This document shows positions 33,996 through 43,761 of a stretch of 64,000 bases of DNA, piece by piece. The notes under the pieces are model-generated. The model was not told the origin of the DNA and ran no database searches. It was given only the letters and a program-made list of their open reading frames with translations. Position numbers and translations under genes: made by a program. Origin of the DNA: Candidatus Desulfaltia sp. (GTDB lineage: Bacteria; Desulfobacterota; Desulfobacteria; Desulfobacterales; ETH-SRB1); the NCBI GenBank assembly GCA_030656555.1, contig JAUSPN010000106.1, positions 8,404 to 72,403 on the forward strand. The letters are read 5' to 3'. Numbering within the stretch: the stretch's first letter is position 1; each line of letters begins with the position of its first letter.

Positions 33996-34252
33996 GCATC
34001 AATCTTCTTGAACATTTCTTCAACGGTATCTGCTGACTCAAGATTACGATTATTTTCAATGTCATCCATAGCATGTAGCGTTTCTTTGTTAGATAACCGC
34101 AAATCAAACGGAATACCCCTGTAATTGATAACCTGTTTCAAAAAAAGATTAACGGCCGAAGAGATATTTAATCCGAGACCATTTAGAATGAGCCCCGCAT
34201 CCTTTTTAATATCCTCGGTTGTTCTGACGTTTATATTTGTATTTTTAGCCAT
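33992..34252 (-). CDS. Type II antitoxin, DinJ/RelB family
   Basis: 86 aa. NINVRTTEDIKKDAGLILNGLGLNISSAVNLFLKQVINYRGIPFDL. Overlaps the toxin start by 4 nt. Confidence 0.8.
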   Translation of the reverse strand: MAKNTNINVRTTEDIKKDAGLILNGLGLNISSAVNLFLKQVINYRGIPFDLRLSNKETLHAMDDIENNRNLESADTVEEMFKKIDA

Positions 34253-34379
34253 AATTCAAACCCCCACTCTAATAAAACATTATAAAAGCCGACCTTATAT
34301 TTGCTATATAATGTATTACAAAACAAGCGCATTGTCAATACAAAAGTTAATCATTAACCATGGCCTACAGCGAGATGAC

Positions 34380-34432
34380 CATGATTTTATGCGGTTCTCA
34401 TTTTATTTTCGGTCTTTTGCGGAGATTGCAAA
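34380..34432. repeat. 53-bp direct repeat, copy 2
   Basis: catgattttatgcggttctcattttattttcggtcttttgcggagattgcaaa. Confidence 0.8.
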
Positions 34433-34783
34433 CCGGCTATCTGACCCGGTCCGTGTTGATGCGATTGATATACCTTGTCAACGGCTTGCCGATTTTAACT
34501 CATGCTCGATGCGTTTAGCCGGTTCCATAGGACCAAAACTCATGTGAAAGATGTCTGCCTTTTGAGAATAGCGAACCAATCCAAAAACGGCTAACTTCCT
34601 TACGGTTAAATCCAGCCTGGCGCGACTGCAGGGAGTTTCAATCATCGGTATAAATCAGTTGACAAATAATATTTATAAATATATAGACAACATATTATGT
34701 TTTGGACATATATGTATAGACAACAAGCTGATTGATGTTCATATATTTATAAACTATTTTATACCTATAATATGTGTGTTGCC

Positions 34784-35251
34784 ATGAAGACTTTTCAAAA
34801 AAAACTGGTTGTTGAGCAGTTAAGCTCTACGCTAAACTGCTTTAAAATTTTAAAAACAATTATTCCTCCACCAAAAGGCTGGATACGTGCCATTCGTGAC
34901 GCATTGGGGATAAATGGGCGGCAGTTTGCACAACGGCTCGAAGTTAACAAGTCGCGCATCACGCGCATCGAGCATGATGAGGTCACTGGGAACGTGACCT
35001 TAAGAACTATGCTTCGTGCGGCCGAGGCTTTGGACTGCGTATTTGTTTATGGACTTGTTCCGAAAACCAGCCTGCAGGATACAATAAAAAAACAGGCAAA
35101 CCTCGTTGCAAAGAAACAAATGATGCGGGTTTCTCATACTATGTTACTTGAAGATCAAGGGTTGTCTGAAAAAGAAAAAAAGAAGGCTTTTGATAATACT
35201 GTAGAAGAACTGGTTCAGACAATGCCAAAGTCATTGTGGGATGTTAAATGA
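34784..35251 (+). CDS. Mobile mystery protein A (XRE-type HTH)
   Basis: PPKGWIRAIRDALGINGRQFAQRLEVNKSRITRIEHDEVTGNVTLRTMLRAAEALDCVFVYGLVP. 4-nt overlap with the Fic gene. Confidence 0.7.
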   Translation: MKTFQKKLVVEQLSSTLNCFKILKTIIPPPKGWIRAIRDALGINGRQFAQRLEVNKSRITRIEHDEVTGNVTLRTMLRAAEALDCVFVYGLVPKTSLQDTIKKQANLVAKKQMMRVSHTMLLEDQGLSEKEKKKAFDNTVEELVQTMPKSLWDVK

Positions 35252-35832
35252 TTATTGATTACCCGGAAGGCGCCACGCCTTTAGAACCTGATGAAATCGA
35301 AGGACTTCTGCTCACCCATATTACAACACGAGGAGAGCTTGATCGCTGGGAACAGGACAATATCAGTCAGGCATACCTATGGGCAGAGCACCCTAAAAAG
35401 ACAGATTTTTTCAGCGAAGATTTTATATGCCGGCTTCACAAAAAAATGTTTGGTAATGTCTGGAAATGGGCCGGTAAGTTTAGAAAAAGCAATAAAAATA
35501 TCGGGATCAATTGGCAGGAGATAGCTGTCGAACTCAAGAAACTTTGCGATGATGCAAAAGCATGGACCGAATTTGAAACATTCACGCCCGATGAGTTTGC
35601 GGTACACTTTCATCATCGCTTGGTATGCATCCACCCATTTCCAAACGGTAATGGACGACATGCAAGACTAATGGCAGATCTGATACTCGAAAAAATCTTT
35701 AAAAAACCTGCTTTTACCTGGGGAAGCGCAAGCCTTATAAAGCAAGGTGAGAGCAGAAAACGGTATATTGAATCATTAAAAGCAGCCGACGATCATGACT
35801 ATTCTTTGCTGATGGAATTTGTGCGATCTTGA
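35248..35832 (+). CDS. Mobile mystery protein B (Fic-domain protein)
   Basis: 194 aa with the Fic motif HPFPNGNGRHARL. Confidence 0.85.
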   Translation: MIIDYPEGATPLEPDEIEGLLLTHITTRGELDRWEQDNISQAYLWAEHPKKTDFFSEDFICRLHKKMFGNVWKWAGKFRKSNKNIGINWQEIAVELKKLCDDAKAWTEFETFTPDEFAVHFHHRLVCIHPFPNGNGRHARLMADLILEKIFKKPAFTWGSASLIKQGESRKRYIESLKAADDHDYSLLMEFVRS

Positions 35833-35939
35833 TTTGGTGGAACTTAGCGTCTATAAATAAGCAAACAACCTGATGAATAGTTATATTATTAATAGTATTT
35901 TTATGTGGTTAGATTAGCTATCCCAGATTCACCGGATGG

Positions 35940-37653
35940 TCAGGATTTGGTTTCTTGTTTTTTTCTTTTTTTGGTTTCTTCGTCCCTGAGGTCTTTTTTT
36001 AGGATTTTGCCGACATTTGTTTTTGGCAGCTCTTTTTTGAATTCTATCTCAGTTGGAAATTTGTATTTGGCCATTTTGTTTGTGCAAAATTCAAGAAGTT
36101 CTTCCTGTGTTGCAGTTTCCCCTTCTTTCAGCACAACAAAAATTTTAATCACTTCACCTCGGGTTGGATGCGGTATCCCGATGGCGCAGGCCTCTTGTAC
36201 TTTAGGGTGTTCATAAAACACTTCTTCAACATTGCGCGGATATACATTTAAACCGCCGGATATAATCATATCCTTTTTGCGGTCGACAACAAAAAAGTAA
36301 CCGTCCTCATCCATTTTGGCGATATCCCCTGTGTAAAGCCAGCCATCTACCAGAGTTTTTTCTGTTTCTTCAGACATATTCCAGTATCCCTTCATAACCT
36401 GTGGACCTTTAATAAGAAGCTCTCCTGCCTCTCCAACAGGAACATCTGTTTTTCCTTCAACCAGGTCAACTATGCGGCACAATGTGTCCGGAATAGGCAG
36501 GCCAATACTTCCAATCTTTCTATTGCCTTTTAACAAAAGGGTTTACATGGGTTACAGGGGTGGCCTCGGTTAAACCGAAACCTTCCACGATAACCGCTCC
36601 TGTTTTGTTTTCAAAGGCTTTAATAACTTCAACAGGAAGGGGAGAGCTACCTGAAAAGCAGCCTCTGATCGAAGTCATGTCTGCCTTAACAATATCAGGA
36701 TCGTTAAGCATTCCGATTATCATTGTCGGAACAAATGCCACAATGGTTGGTTTGTATTTATTTATGGATTCTATCAAAGGTTTAGGTTGGGGCTTTGGAA
36801 CAAGAATAATTTCCCACCCCATGCGTATCGCCCAGTTCATGCAAGGCGAAAGACCGAAAGCATGGAAGAACGGAAGGGAGCCAAGCATTATTTCATTGCC
36901 TTTTTTGAATATTGGAAACCATGCTGAAATCTGCTGGATCTGTTTGCTCAGGTTTGCATGTGTCAGCATCACCCCTTTTGAGACTCCTGTGGTTCCGCCT
37001 GTATACTGGTACATGGCCACATCGTCAAAAGAAATGTCCACAGGATGTGGCTTTGAAGAACATTTCGCCAGAACATCCTTCCACTTATAAAGATTGTCGG
37101 CAGATTTAACACTTGCGGCCAGCTTTTTCTTTTTGGCGACAAGCTTAAACAGTAAATTTTTTGGAAAAGGAAGATAATCGCCGATAGATGTATAAATGAT
37201 CTGCTTTATATTTGTTTTAGGCCTGAGATCAATCATTCTGTTGGCAAGCAGATCAAGAGTGATGAGAAGTTTTGAACCTGAATCATTGAATTGATGATAT
37301 AGTTCTCTGTCTGTATAAAGGGGGTTATTCATTACGGCAATTGCGCCAATCTTTAATATCGCGTAATAGCTGACAACGCAGGGAATAAGGTTCGGGAGAA
37401 GGACGGCTACACTGTCCCCCTTTTTTATGCCAAAATCATTCAGGCAGGCGGCAAAACGGCTTACCATATCGTTCAGCTCATGGTATGAAACCTTATATCC
37501 CTGAAAGTTCAGGGCGGTTTTATCAGGGAACCTTTCTGCTGATTTCTCGAGAAACCCCACAATGTGTGTTTCTTCGTATTCTAAAGTTTCCGGGACATCC
37601 TTTCCATAATGAGCCAGCCAGGGTTTATCCTGACACCCAGTTCCGTTTGCCAT
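35940..37653 (-). pseudogene. Long-chain acyl-CoA synthetase (FadD-like) interrupted by a 1-nt frameshift in a homopolymer
   Basis: The N-part (36520..37653) ends [20 protein letters not shown]. The C-part reads [18 protein letters not shown] in the adjacent frame. Removing one T from the mRNA-sense run CCTTTTG (plus-strand A4 at 36535-36538) gives [17 protein letters not shown]. Confidence 0.8.
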
Positions 37654-37803
37654 ACCGGTCTCCTTTTTGGTTGTTTAAAAACAGCTTTTATATTATATGA
37701 AAAAATATAACGTATTAAGAATGCGGTATTTTTTACTACCATTTAAATTTTATGATTAAACAAGATATTTGTCAACTAAGCGTAAAACTAAGGAAAGAAA
37801 AAA

Positions 37804-39879
37804 ATGGAACCAGCCTTGATTTCTCCGGCCGGCGCTTATCTTTTTGACATACCTGCTGTTGTTTTTTCTGTTTTGATTCCTGTTGTCGGAACCGGCATAT
37901 TTACATACATAATTGCAAAACGTCTGGCTCCTCTTTTTTCCGCAGCCCCTGATCCACGATTTGATCATTTTAAACATCGGTTTATATGTGTGCTTAAATA
38001 TGCTGTCGGTCAGTATCGCCAGCCCAGATATCTGCTTGCCGGAATTATACATATTGTAATTTTTGCCGGTTTTATGATCCTGACCATTCATTCGGTTTCT
38101 CTTGTGCTGACAGGAATATCAGAAGGTTTTGCGGCGTCTGTTTCAAATTCTATAGCCGGACATATTTATGGAGTATTAAAGGATTTTGCATCTACATTTG
38201 TTTTGCTGGCATGTGTAATCGCAATTGTCCGGAGAGGTATTTTTAAGCCAAAAAGATATTCAGTGCCTCCCGAGTATGGCAAAGAACACACAAGGGAAGC
38301 GATTTTTGTGCTGATGCTTATTTCGACCCTTATGGTATGTGATATGTTTTTTGAAGCAAGCATAGCCGCTGCCGGTATCCAGCAAGGGTTCGAGATAGAT
38401 CTTCATACCCCCGGCACAGGCACATGGCTTGTTACCGGAATATTACTCGCAATGTCGCCTGTAAAACTACAAACCATCCATCTTGTCTCATATTTTATAC
38501 ATGATTTAACCTTCTTCTTTTTCCTTTGTTTTTTGCCTATGGGTAAGCATTTTCATGTAATTACCTCTCTCCCGAATACATTTTTCATAAAACTAGACAA
38601 AGGAACGGTTAAACCGGTTATATGGGGCATTGAAGAAGAAAAGCTTGACGACCTTGATTCTTTTGGAGTTAAGAGGTTTTCGGATTTTACATGGAAGCAT
38701 ATGCTCGATTTTTATACCTGCGCTGATTGCGGAAGATGTTCAGATCAGTGTCCTGCCAATGCGGTCGGCAGGCCGTTGTCTCCCAGATTTATTTCCATCA
38801 AATGTCGTGACTATATCTTCAAAAACCACCCTCTATTCGGTAAGACAGCCGAAAACAGCAAGAATTTGATCGGCGACATATTTACAGAAGATGAGATCTG
38901 GTCATGCACCACATGCGGCGCATGCGAAGCAGAGTGTCCTCTCATGATTGAGTATATTGATAAGATTGTTGATTTAAGAAGGGGTATGGTTGATGACGGC
39001 ATTGTACCGCAGTCGTTGCAGAAGCCGTTGCGAGCGCTTGAAAAACGGGGTAATCCCTATGGAAAAATTGAGAACAAGCGTTCTGACTGGACTAAAGAAA
39101 AGGGGTTTTCCGAAAAGTACACAGTAAAGATTATCGGAAAAAAGGAGACGGCAGATGCGCTTTATTTTGTTGACAGCATAACATCCTTTGACGACGGAAT
39201 GCAGGAGATCGCCAGATCTGCTGCCGGAGTTCTTCATGCAGCCGGTGTTGATTTCGGGATATTGGGATCTGCTGAGAAGGACAGCGGCAATGAAGTTAGA
39301 AGATTTGGCGAGGAGATGCTTTTTCAGAAATTAAAAGAGCAAAATACCGAAGCAATCCTCAGTTCGGGTGCAAAAAGAATTGTGACTGCAGATCCGCACG
39401 CTTTTAATTCATTAAAAAATGACTATAAAAACATTCCGCAGGTGGAACATATAAGCCAGGTGATTGCAAGGAAAATAAAGGCCGGCGCTATCCGGCTAAA
39501 CGGCGTGAAAGACAGCGCCGCAGTTTATACATATCATGATCCATGCTATCTTGGACGGCATAATGGGATTTATTCCGAGCCAAGAGATGTGATAGACGCT
39601 ATTCCTGGCATAAGAAGGGTTGAGATGCACAAAAGCAGAGACCGTTCCTTTTGTTGTGGCGGCGGCGGTCTGATGCTTTTTTATGAACCAGTAGAGGAAA
39701 AAAGGATGGGTCGGCTAAGGGTTGAGATGGCAAAAGAAGTCGGAGCAACCGTTATCGTGACAGCCTGCCCATACTGTATGGCCAACATTGAAGATGCCAT
39801 TAAGACAAGCGGTCTGGAAGGGGAAATGGAGGTTATTGATCTTGTTGAACTGGTTTATAGCCATATGGTAGAAAGTTAA
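37804..39879 (+). CDS. Membrane-bound Fe-S oxidoreductase (HdrD/GlpC-like, two CCG domains), candidate EtfAB:quinone oxidoreductase
   Basis: 691 aa. N-terminal ~6 TM helices. CADCGRCSDQCP and CTTCGACEAECP ferredoxin motifs. CCGGGG cysteine-rich CCG domain. Sits directly upstream of etfBA. Confidence 0.75.
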   Translation: MEPALISPAGAYLFDIPAVVFSVLIPVVGTGIFTYIIAKRLAPLFSAAPDPRFDHFKHRFICVLKYAVGQYRQPRYLLAGIIHIVIFAGFMILTIHSVSLVLTGISEGFAASVSNSIAGHIYGVLKDFASTFVLLACVIAIVRRGIFKPKRYSVPPEYGKEHTREAIFVLMLISTLMVCDMFFEASIAAAGIQQGFEIDLHTPGTGTWLVTGILLAMSPVKLQTIHLVSYFIHDLTFFFFLCFLPMGKHFHVITSLPNTFFIKLDKGTVKPVIWGIEEEKLDDLDSFGVKRFSDFTWKHMLDFYTCADCGRCSDQCPANAVGRPLSPRFISIKCRDYIFKNHPLFGKTAENSKNLIGDIFTEDEIWSCTTCGACEAECPLMIEYIDKIVDLRRGMVDDGIVPQSLQKPLRALEKRGNPYGKIENKRSDWTKEKGFSEKYTVKIIGKKETADALYFVDSITSFDDGMQEIARSAAGVLHAAGVDFGILGSAEKDSGNEVRRFGEEMLFQKLKEQNTEAILSSGAKRIVTADPHAFNSLKNDYKNIPQVEHISQVIARKIKAGAIRLNGVKDSAAVYTYHDPCYLGRHNGIYSEPRDVIDAIPGIRRVEMHKSRDRSFCCGGGGLMLFYEPVEEKRMGRLRVEMAKEVGATVIVTACPYCMANIEDAIKTSGLEGEMEVIDLVELVYSHMVES

Positions 39880-39888
39880 AGTGAGCTA

Positions 39889-40042
39889 AAGTCAAAGGAT
39901 TAAGGGATTAGGGATTAAAGGATTAATTGAAGCTCCCCGCCGCAAGCAGCGGGGAGCTTCGACCGTAAGGAAGTTTACCATTTTTGGATTCGCTCGCTAA
40001 CCCCGCCGCAAGCAGCGGGGAATGCGCTCGCTTTTGCGGTTC
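39889..40042. repeat. GGATTAA arm + full CCCCGC-hairpin element (two hairpins, minus orientation)
   Basis: aaaggattaagggattagggattaaaggattaa, then gaagctccccgccgcaagcagcggggagcttcgaccgtaaggaagtttaccatttttggattcgctcgctaaccccgccgcaagcagcggggaatgcgctcgcttttgcggttc. Confidence 0.8.
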
Positions 40043-40075
40043 AAAATTGTTCACCAACTGTTCTGGAGGAGTAAG

Positions 40076-40867
40076 ATGGAAATTTTGGTATGCATTAAGA
40101 GGGTACCCGATACTTCTGAAAACGAAATCAATGTCAACAGGGACGGCACCGATATAGAGCGGGATGATCTTGTGTACTCGGTAAATGAATGGGATAATTA
40201 TGCGGTTGAAGAGGCAATCCAGATTCGTGACAGGGTGGGCGGTTCGGTAACTGTTGTTACAGTCGGAGACGAGGAAGCAGAGGAAGTGGTCAGGAGGGAG
40301 ATGGCTATGGGCGCAGATAAAGGCATTCTCCTTTCGGATGAAGTGTTTAATAGTTCTGACGGTAGAGGAATTGCAAGCATTATTAAGGCTGAAGTTGAAA
40401 AAGGCAAATATGATCTGATCCTCACAGGCGCTCAGGCAGATGACGGGGCAGGCCAGGTGGGAGGCATGCTGGCGGCAATGCTTGATCGGCCTTATGCATC
40501 TCTTGTGACCTCTTTAGAAGTAATAGATGATAAAAAAATTAAAGTCGGCAGGGAAATCGAAGGCGGCAATCTGGAGATGCTCGAGATCGATCTTCCGTGT
40601 GTGCTTTCGATTCAGACCGGCATCAATGAGCCGCGTTACGTAGGGATTCGAGGAATAAGAAAAACAGCATCTGCGGAGATTCCCGTTTATGGCGCAGAGG
40701 ATCTTGGTTTATCGCCGGAATCGGTCGGCGAATCCGGATTAAAGGTAAAACGGCTTGATTACTTTGTGCCGGATTCTGGTGAAGGAGCCGAGATTCTCGA
40801 AGGAAGCACTGACGAGATAGTTGAAAAACTGGTTGAACTATTAAAAGCCAGAGGAGGGATTAAATAA
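40076..40867 (+). CDS. etfB: Electron transfer flavoprotein beta subunit
   Basis: The track ORF starts at 40022 inside the repeat. GGAGGA precedes the ATG at 40076. MEILVCIKRVPDT...NEWDNYAVEEA...LILTGAQADD. Confidence 0.85.
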   Translation: MEILVCIKRVPDTSENEINVNRDGTDIERDDLVYSVNEWDNYAVEEAIQIRDRVGGSVTVVTVGDEEAEEVVRREMAMGADKGILLSDEVFNSSDGRGIASIIKAEVEKGKYDLILTGAQADDGAGQVGGMLAAMLDRPYASLVTSLEVIDDKKIKVGREIEGGNLEMLEIDLPCVLSIQTGINEPRYVGIRGIRKTASAEIPVYGAEDLGLSPESVGESGLKVKRLDYFVPDSGEGAEILEGSTDEIVEKLVELLKARGGIK

Positions 40868-41850
40868 TGGTCAGGCAGGTTTTTGCATATATTGTTCATA
40901 AAAAAGGGGTTGCTAATGACACAGCCTTTGAAATGGTTACGGCAGCTAAAAGGATAGAACCTGATGCTTCAATTATCGCAATTGTCGCTGGAACGGGCGA
41001 CGATCTTAATATGGTGTGTAATGAAGTTGCTTCTTCTTATCAGGAGGTCTGGAAGATAGATAATGAGGCGCTTTCCTATCCAAATTCGGAAGTGATCAGG
41101 ACGCTTCTTGTCCGCATTTTACCGGAACAAGGGATAGTCATAATACCTCACGATACATTTGGAATGGATCTGGCACCTGGTTTATCCATAAAGCTTAATG
41201 CCGCATATCTTCCTGATGCCGTAGATATAGACGGGGTTGATGAAAACAGGCTGAAAGCCGTACGTCAGGAGTACAGCGGACAGGTCAGCACACATATTGT
41301 TTGTGATATTTCCGGCGGCGCTGTGATTACAACCAGATCGGGGTCGTTCAAGGCAGTTGAGACCAAAAGGGCCGGCGGTCAGATCTTTGACAAGACAGCC
41401 CAGGCTATGGAAGGAGGATTCCCGGAAACCGGTCGCCGGTTTATCGGGGTTATTGAAGCCGAAGTAGGGGATGTTGATATAACCAAGTCCGAGATTCTTG
41501 TATCTGTGGGCAGGGGGGTCGAAGATAAGGATAATCTGGGAATTGTATTTGATCTTGCTAAGGCTATGGGAGGAGATGTTGCGTGTTCGAGGCCTGTTGT
41601 AGATGCAAAATGGCTTGAGAAATCGCGGCAGGTCGGCACGTCAGGTAAAACAGTTAAACCAAAAATCTATATGGCTTTAGGCATAAGCGGTTCATTTCAG
41701 CATCAGGGGGGTATAAAGGGAGCGCCTTTCATTGTTGCGATAAACAAGAACCCAAAGGCTCCGATTTTTAAGGTGGCAGACGTCGGTGTTGTGGCGGATA
41801 TGCTCGATTTTGTCCCGGAGCTTACCGACAAGATAAATGAGATGAAATAA
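40867..41850 (+). CDS. etfA: Electron transfer flavoprotein alpha subunit
   Basis: 327 aa. VSVGRGV....DLAKAMGGDVACSRPVVDAKWL...QVGTSGKTVKPKIYMALGISGSFQH. The start overlaps the etfB stop. Confidence 0.85.
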   Translation: MVRQVFAYIVHKKGVANDTAFEMVTAAKRIEPDASIIAIVAGTGDDLNMVCNEVASSYQEVWKIDNEALSYPNSEVIRTLLVRILPEQGIVIIPHDTFGMDLAPGLSIKLNAAYLPDAVDIDGVDENRLKAVRQEYSGQVSTHIVCDISGGAVITTRSGSFKAVETKRAGGQIFDKTAQAMEGGFPETGRRFIGVIEAEVGDVDITKSEILVSVGRGVEDKDNLGIVFDLAKAMGGDVACSRPVVDAKWLEKSRQVGTSGKTVKPKIYMALGISGSFQHQGGIKGAPFIVAINKNPKAPIFKVADVGVVADMLDFVPELTDKINEMK

Positions 41851-41943
41851 GCTCGACAGAAACGCTTTAGGTTTTTAAAAAGTTGTAAGTATCCACCGCC
41901 CGCTTCGCTCAAGACGCAGAGATCGCAAAGAAAATAAATATTT

Positions 41944-41972
41944 ATCCTTTCTGTTGAGAGGACAGAAAGGAT
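41944..41972. terminator. 11-bp stem hairpin downstream of etfA
   Basis: atcctttctgt-tgagagg-acagaaaggat. A/T-rich flanks on both sides. Confidence 0.4.
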
Positions 41973-42173
41973 AAAATTCTAATGCTGCGCATGTTTATAT
42001 AGTTTGAAATTGTATAAATCTAATAGAAATTGTCCATTAGCCCGTGGACTTTTGTTTTCCGGCCTCTCACCGGAAAACAAAAACAAGTTGACCTCTGCGT
42101 GCTCCGCGGCTTTGCGGTGAACTAATACAAAAATTTTTTGCTAAGGACCTAATTGTTACCGGAGAGTTAGATA

Positions 42174-43478
42174 ATGAAAAAAGGTTTTATGTTCAAATCA
42201 ATGCGGGTTGTTGTGGTTCTTGCTTTGTCTGTAGCTGTGGCAGTGTTGCTTGTAATGCTGCAACCAGGAGCGAAACGTCAGGTTAAAACCGAAACAGGAA
42301 GACTTGTTGAGGTCCTGTCTGTTAAATCTGAAGATTTGAATATGATTATAGATGGCTATGGCACGGTTATACCAAGGGAGACGCTGAAACTTGCAGCAGA
42401 GATCAAAGGACAGATAATTGATGTTGATTCATCCTTTAAGGAGGGATCCTTTATCAAAAAGGGCACTGTCCTGATTAAGATAGATCCGCGTACATACCGG
42501 TTGGAAGTCGACAGGCAAAGGATACAGATAGAGCAGGCCGAAGCTGAAATAAAGAAATTACAACAGGAGATAAAAAATTTTGATGCCAGCATTAAAATTG
42601 CAAAAGCGGATACAGCCCTGGCCTGGACCGACTTTGAGCGATTGAAAAAACTTTCCATTAGAAATGTGGTTTCCCAAACCATGCTTGACCAGGCAGAACA
42701 GAGACATCTTGCAAGCCTTGAGCGTTTGCAGGGGTTTGAAAATCAGTTAGCTTTAACAGGGCCCTTAAAAGAAGGGCTTGAAACCCAGATTGATATGGGA
42801 AAAGTCATGCTTCGCCAGGCAAAACTCGACCTTGAAAAAACAGATATTATTGCTTTGTTTGATGGCTGGGTGCTTATAAAGGATGTTGAAAAGGGCCGGC
42901 ATGTAAACGCAGGGCAATATATAGGCAGCATTTACAGTGACGGCGCCCTTGATGTTGAGATTCGCATACCAACAAAAGATCTCAAATGGTTTGTAAGTGA
43001 TTTAAAGCAGGATGCCATGCCTGATGTTGAAATAATTTTCATGGGCAATAACAGCCAGTATAAATGGAGCGGGCGGGTTGCGAGGATAAAGGCGCAGATG
43101 GATGAAAAGACACGGACGCTTCCTGTTGTTGTGGAGATCGACAGAGATTCAGCAAAAGATAAAACCAAAAACAGCATTCAATTAAGACCCGGAATGTTTG
43201 TGACTGCATTGATAAAAGGGGAAAAGATTAAACAGATATTTGTGCTTCCCCGTCATGTGGTTCATACCGGTGATATGGTTTATATTATGATAGACAATCG
43301 TTTGCAGATCAGGCCGGTCAACATTTTGCGAAGCGTCAAAGATCTGGTTTATATTGACAAAGGGCTGTCAGACGGCGACCTGGTGATTAAATCTCCATTG
43401 TCCGGTCCAGTAGATGGGATGAAGGTTAGAATTAACGCAACTATTCAGCCACAGATTCACGCAGATGAACGCAGATAG
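42174..43478 (+). CDS. RND efflux periplasmic adaptor (HlyD/MFP family)
   Basis: 434 aa. TM anchor, coiled-coil hairpin (RIQIEQAEAEIKKLQQEI...), barrel-sandwich and beta-barrel segments. Confidence 0.85.
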   Translation: MKKGFMFKSMRVVVVLALSVAVAVLLVMLQPGAKRQVKTETGRLVEVLSVKSEDLNMIIDGYGTVIPRETLKLAAEIKGQIIDVDSSFKEGSFIKKGTVLIKIDPRTYRLEVDRQRIQIEQAEAEIKKLQQEIKNFDASIKIAKADTALAWTDFERLKKLSIRNVVSQTMLDQAEQRHLASLERLQGFENQLALTGPLKEGLETQIDMGKVMLRQAKLDLEKTDIIALFDGWVLIKDVEKGRHVNAGQYIGSIYSDGALDVEIRIPTKDLKWFVSDLKQDAMPDVEIIFMGNNSQYKWSGRVARIKAQMDEKTRTLPVVVEIDRDSAKDKTKNSIQLRPGMFVTALIKGEKIKQIFVLPRHVVHTGDMVYIMIDNRLQIRPVNILRSVKDLVYIDKGLSDGDLVIKSPLSGPVDGMKVRINATIQPQIHADERR

Positions 43479-43761
43479 GTTTAAATATTGGTTAGATAGA
43501 ACATGCAAAAATACCTTTTTATTGTTAATATTTTGATGATGTGTGGTATTTAAACGGACATTCGTATAATTACTTTTAAAGATAGCTGCTATTCACGTAA
43601 CAAATTGAAACGTTTTAAAAATTGTGATATACAAACCCTGTCTGCATGAAAACTATTGAATTTTTGGGTTATTATCATGGCAAAATATCAAAGGTTTTTT
43701 GACGAATTCGAAACCGCCATAGAGCTCCACTTGACCACGTCCGGCAAATCGGGAGGTCGAT

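Noticed and set aside
33620-34547. Plus-strand ORFs 33620..33901 and 34125..34547 overlapping relE/dinJ.
   Set aside because: They are antisense to a canonical, translationally coupled toxin-antitoxin pair, and they begin or end inside the 53-bp repeats.
40022-40075. N-terminal extensions offered by the ORF track: etfB from 40022, DUF2400-like from 55926, LPP20-like from 27065, nuclease from 31408.
   Set aside because: The extensions translate repeat elements or lack an RBS. Internal ATGs with good Shine-Dalgarno sequences give canonical N-termini.
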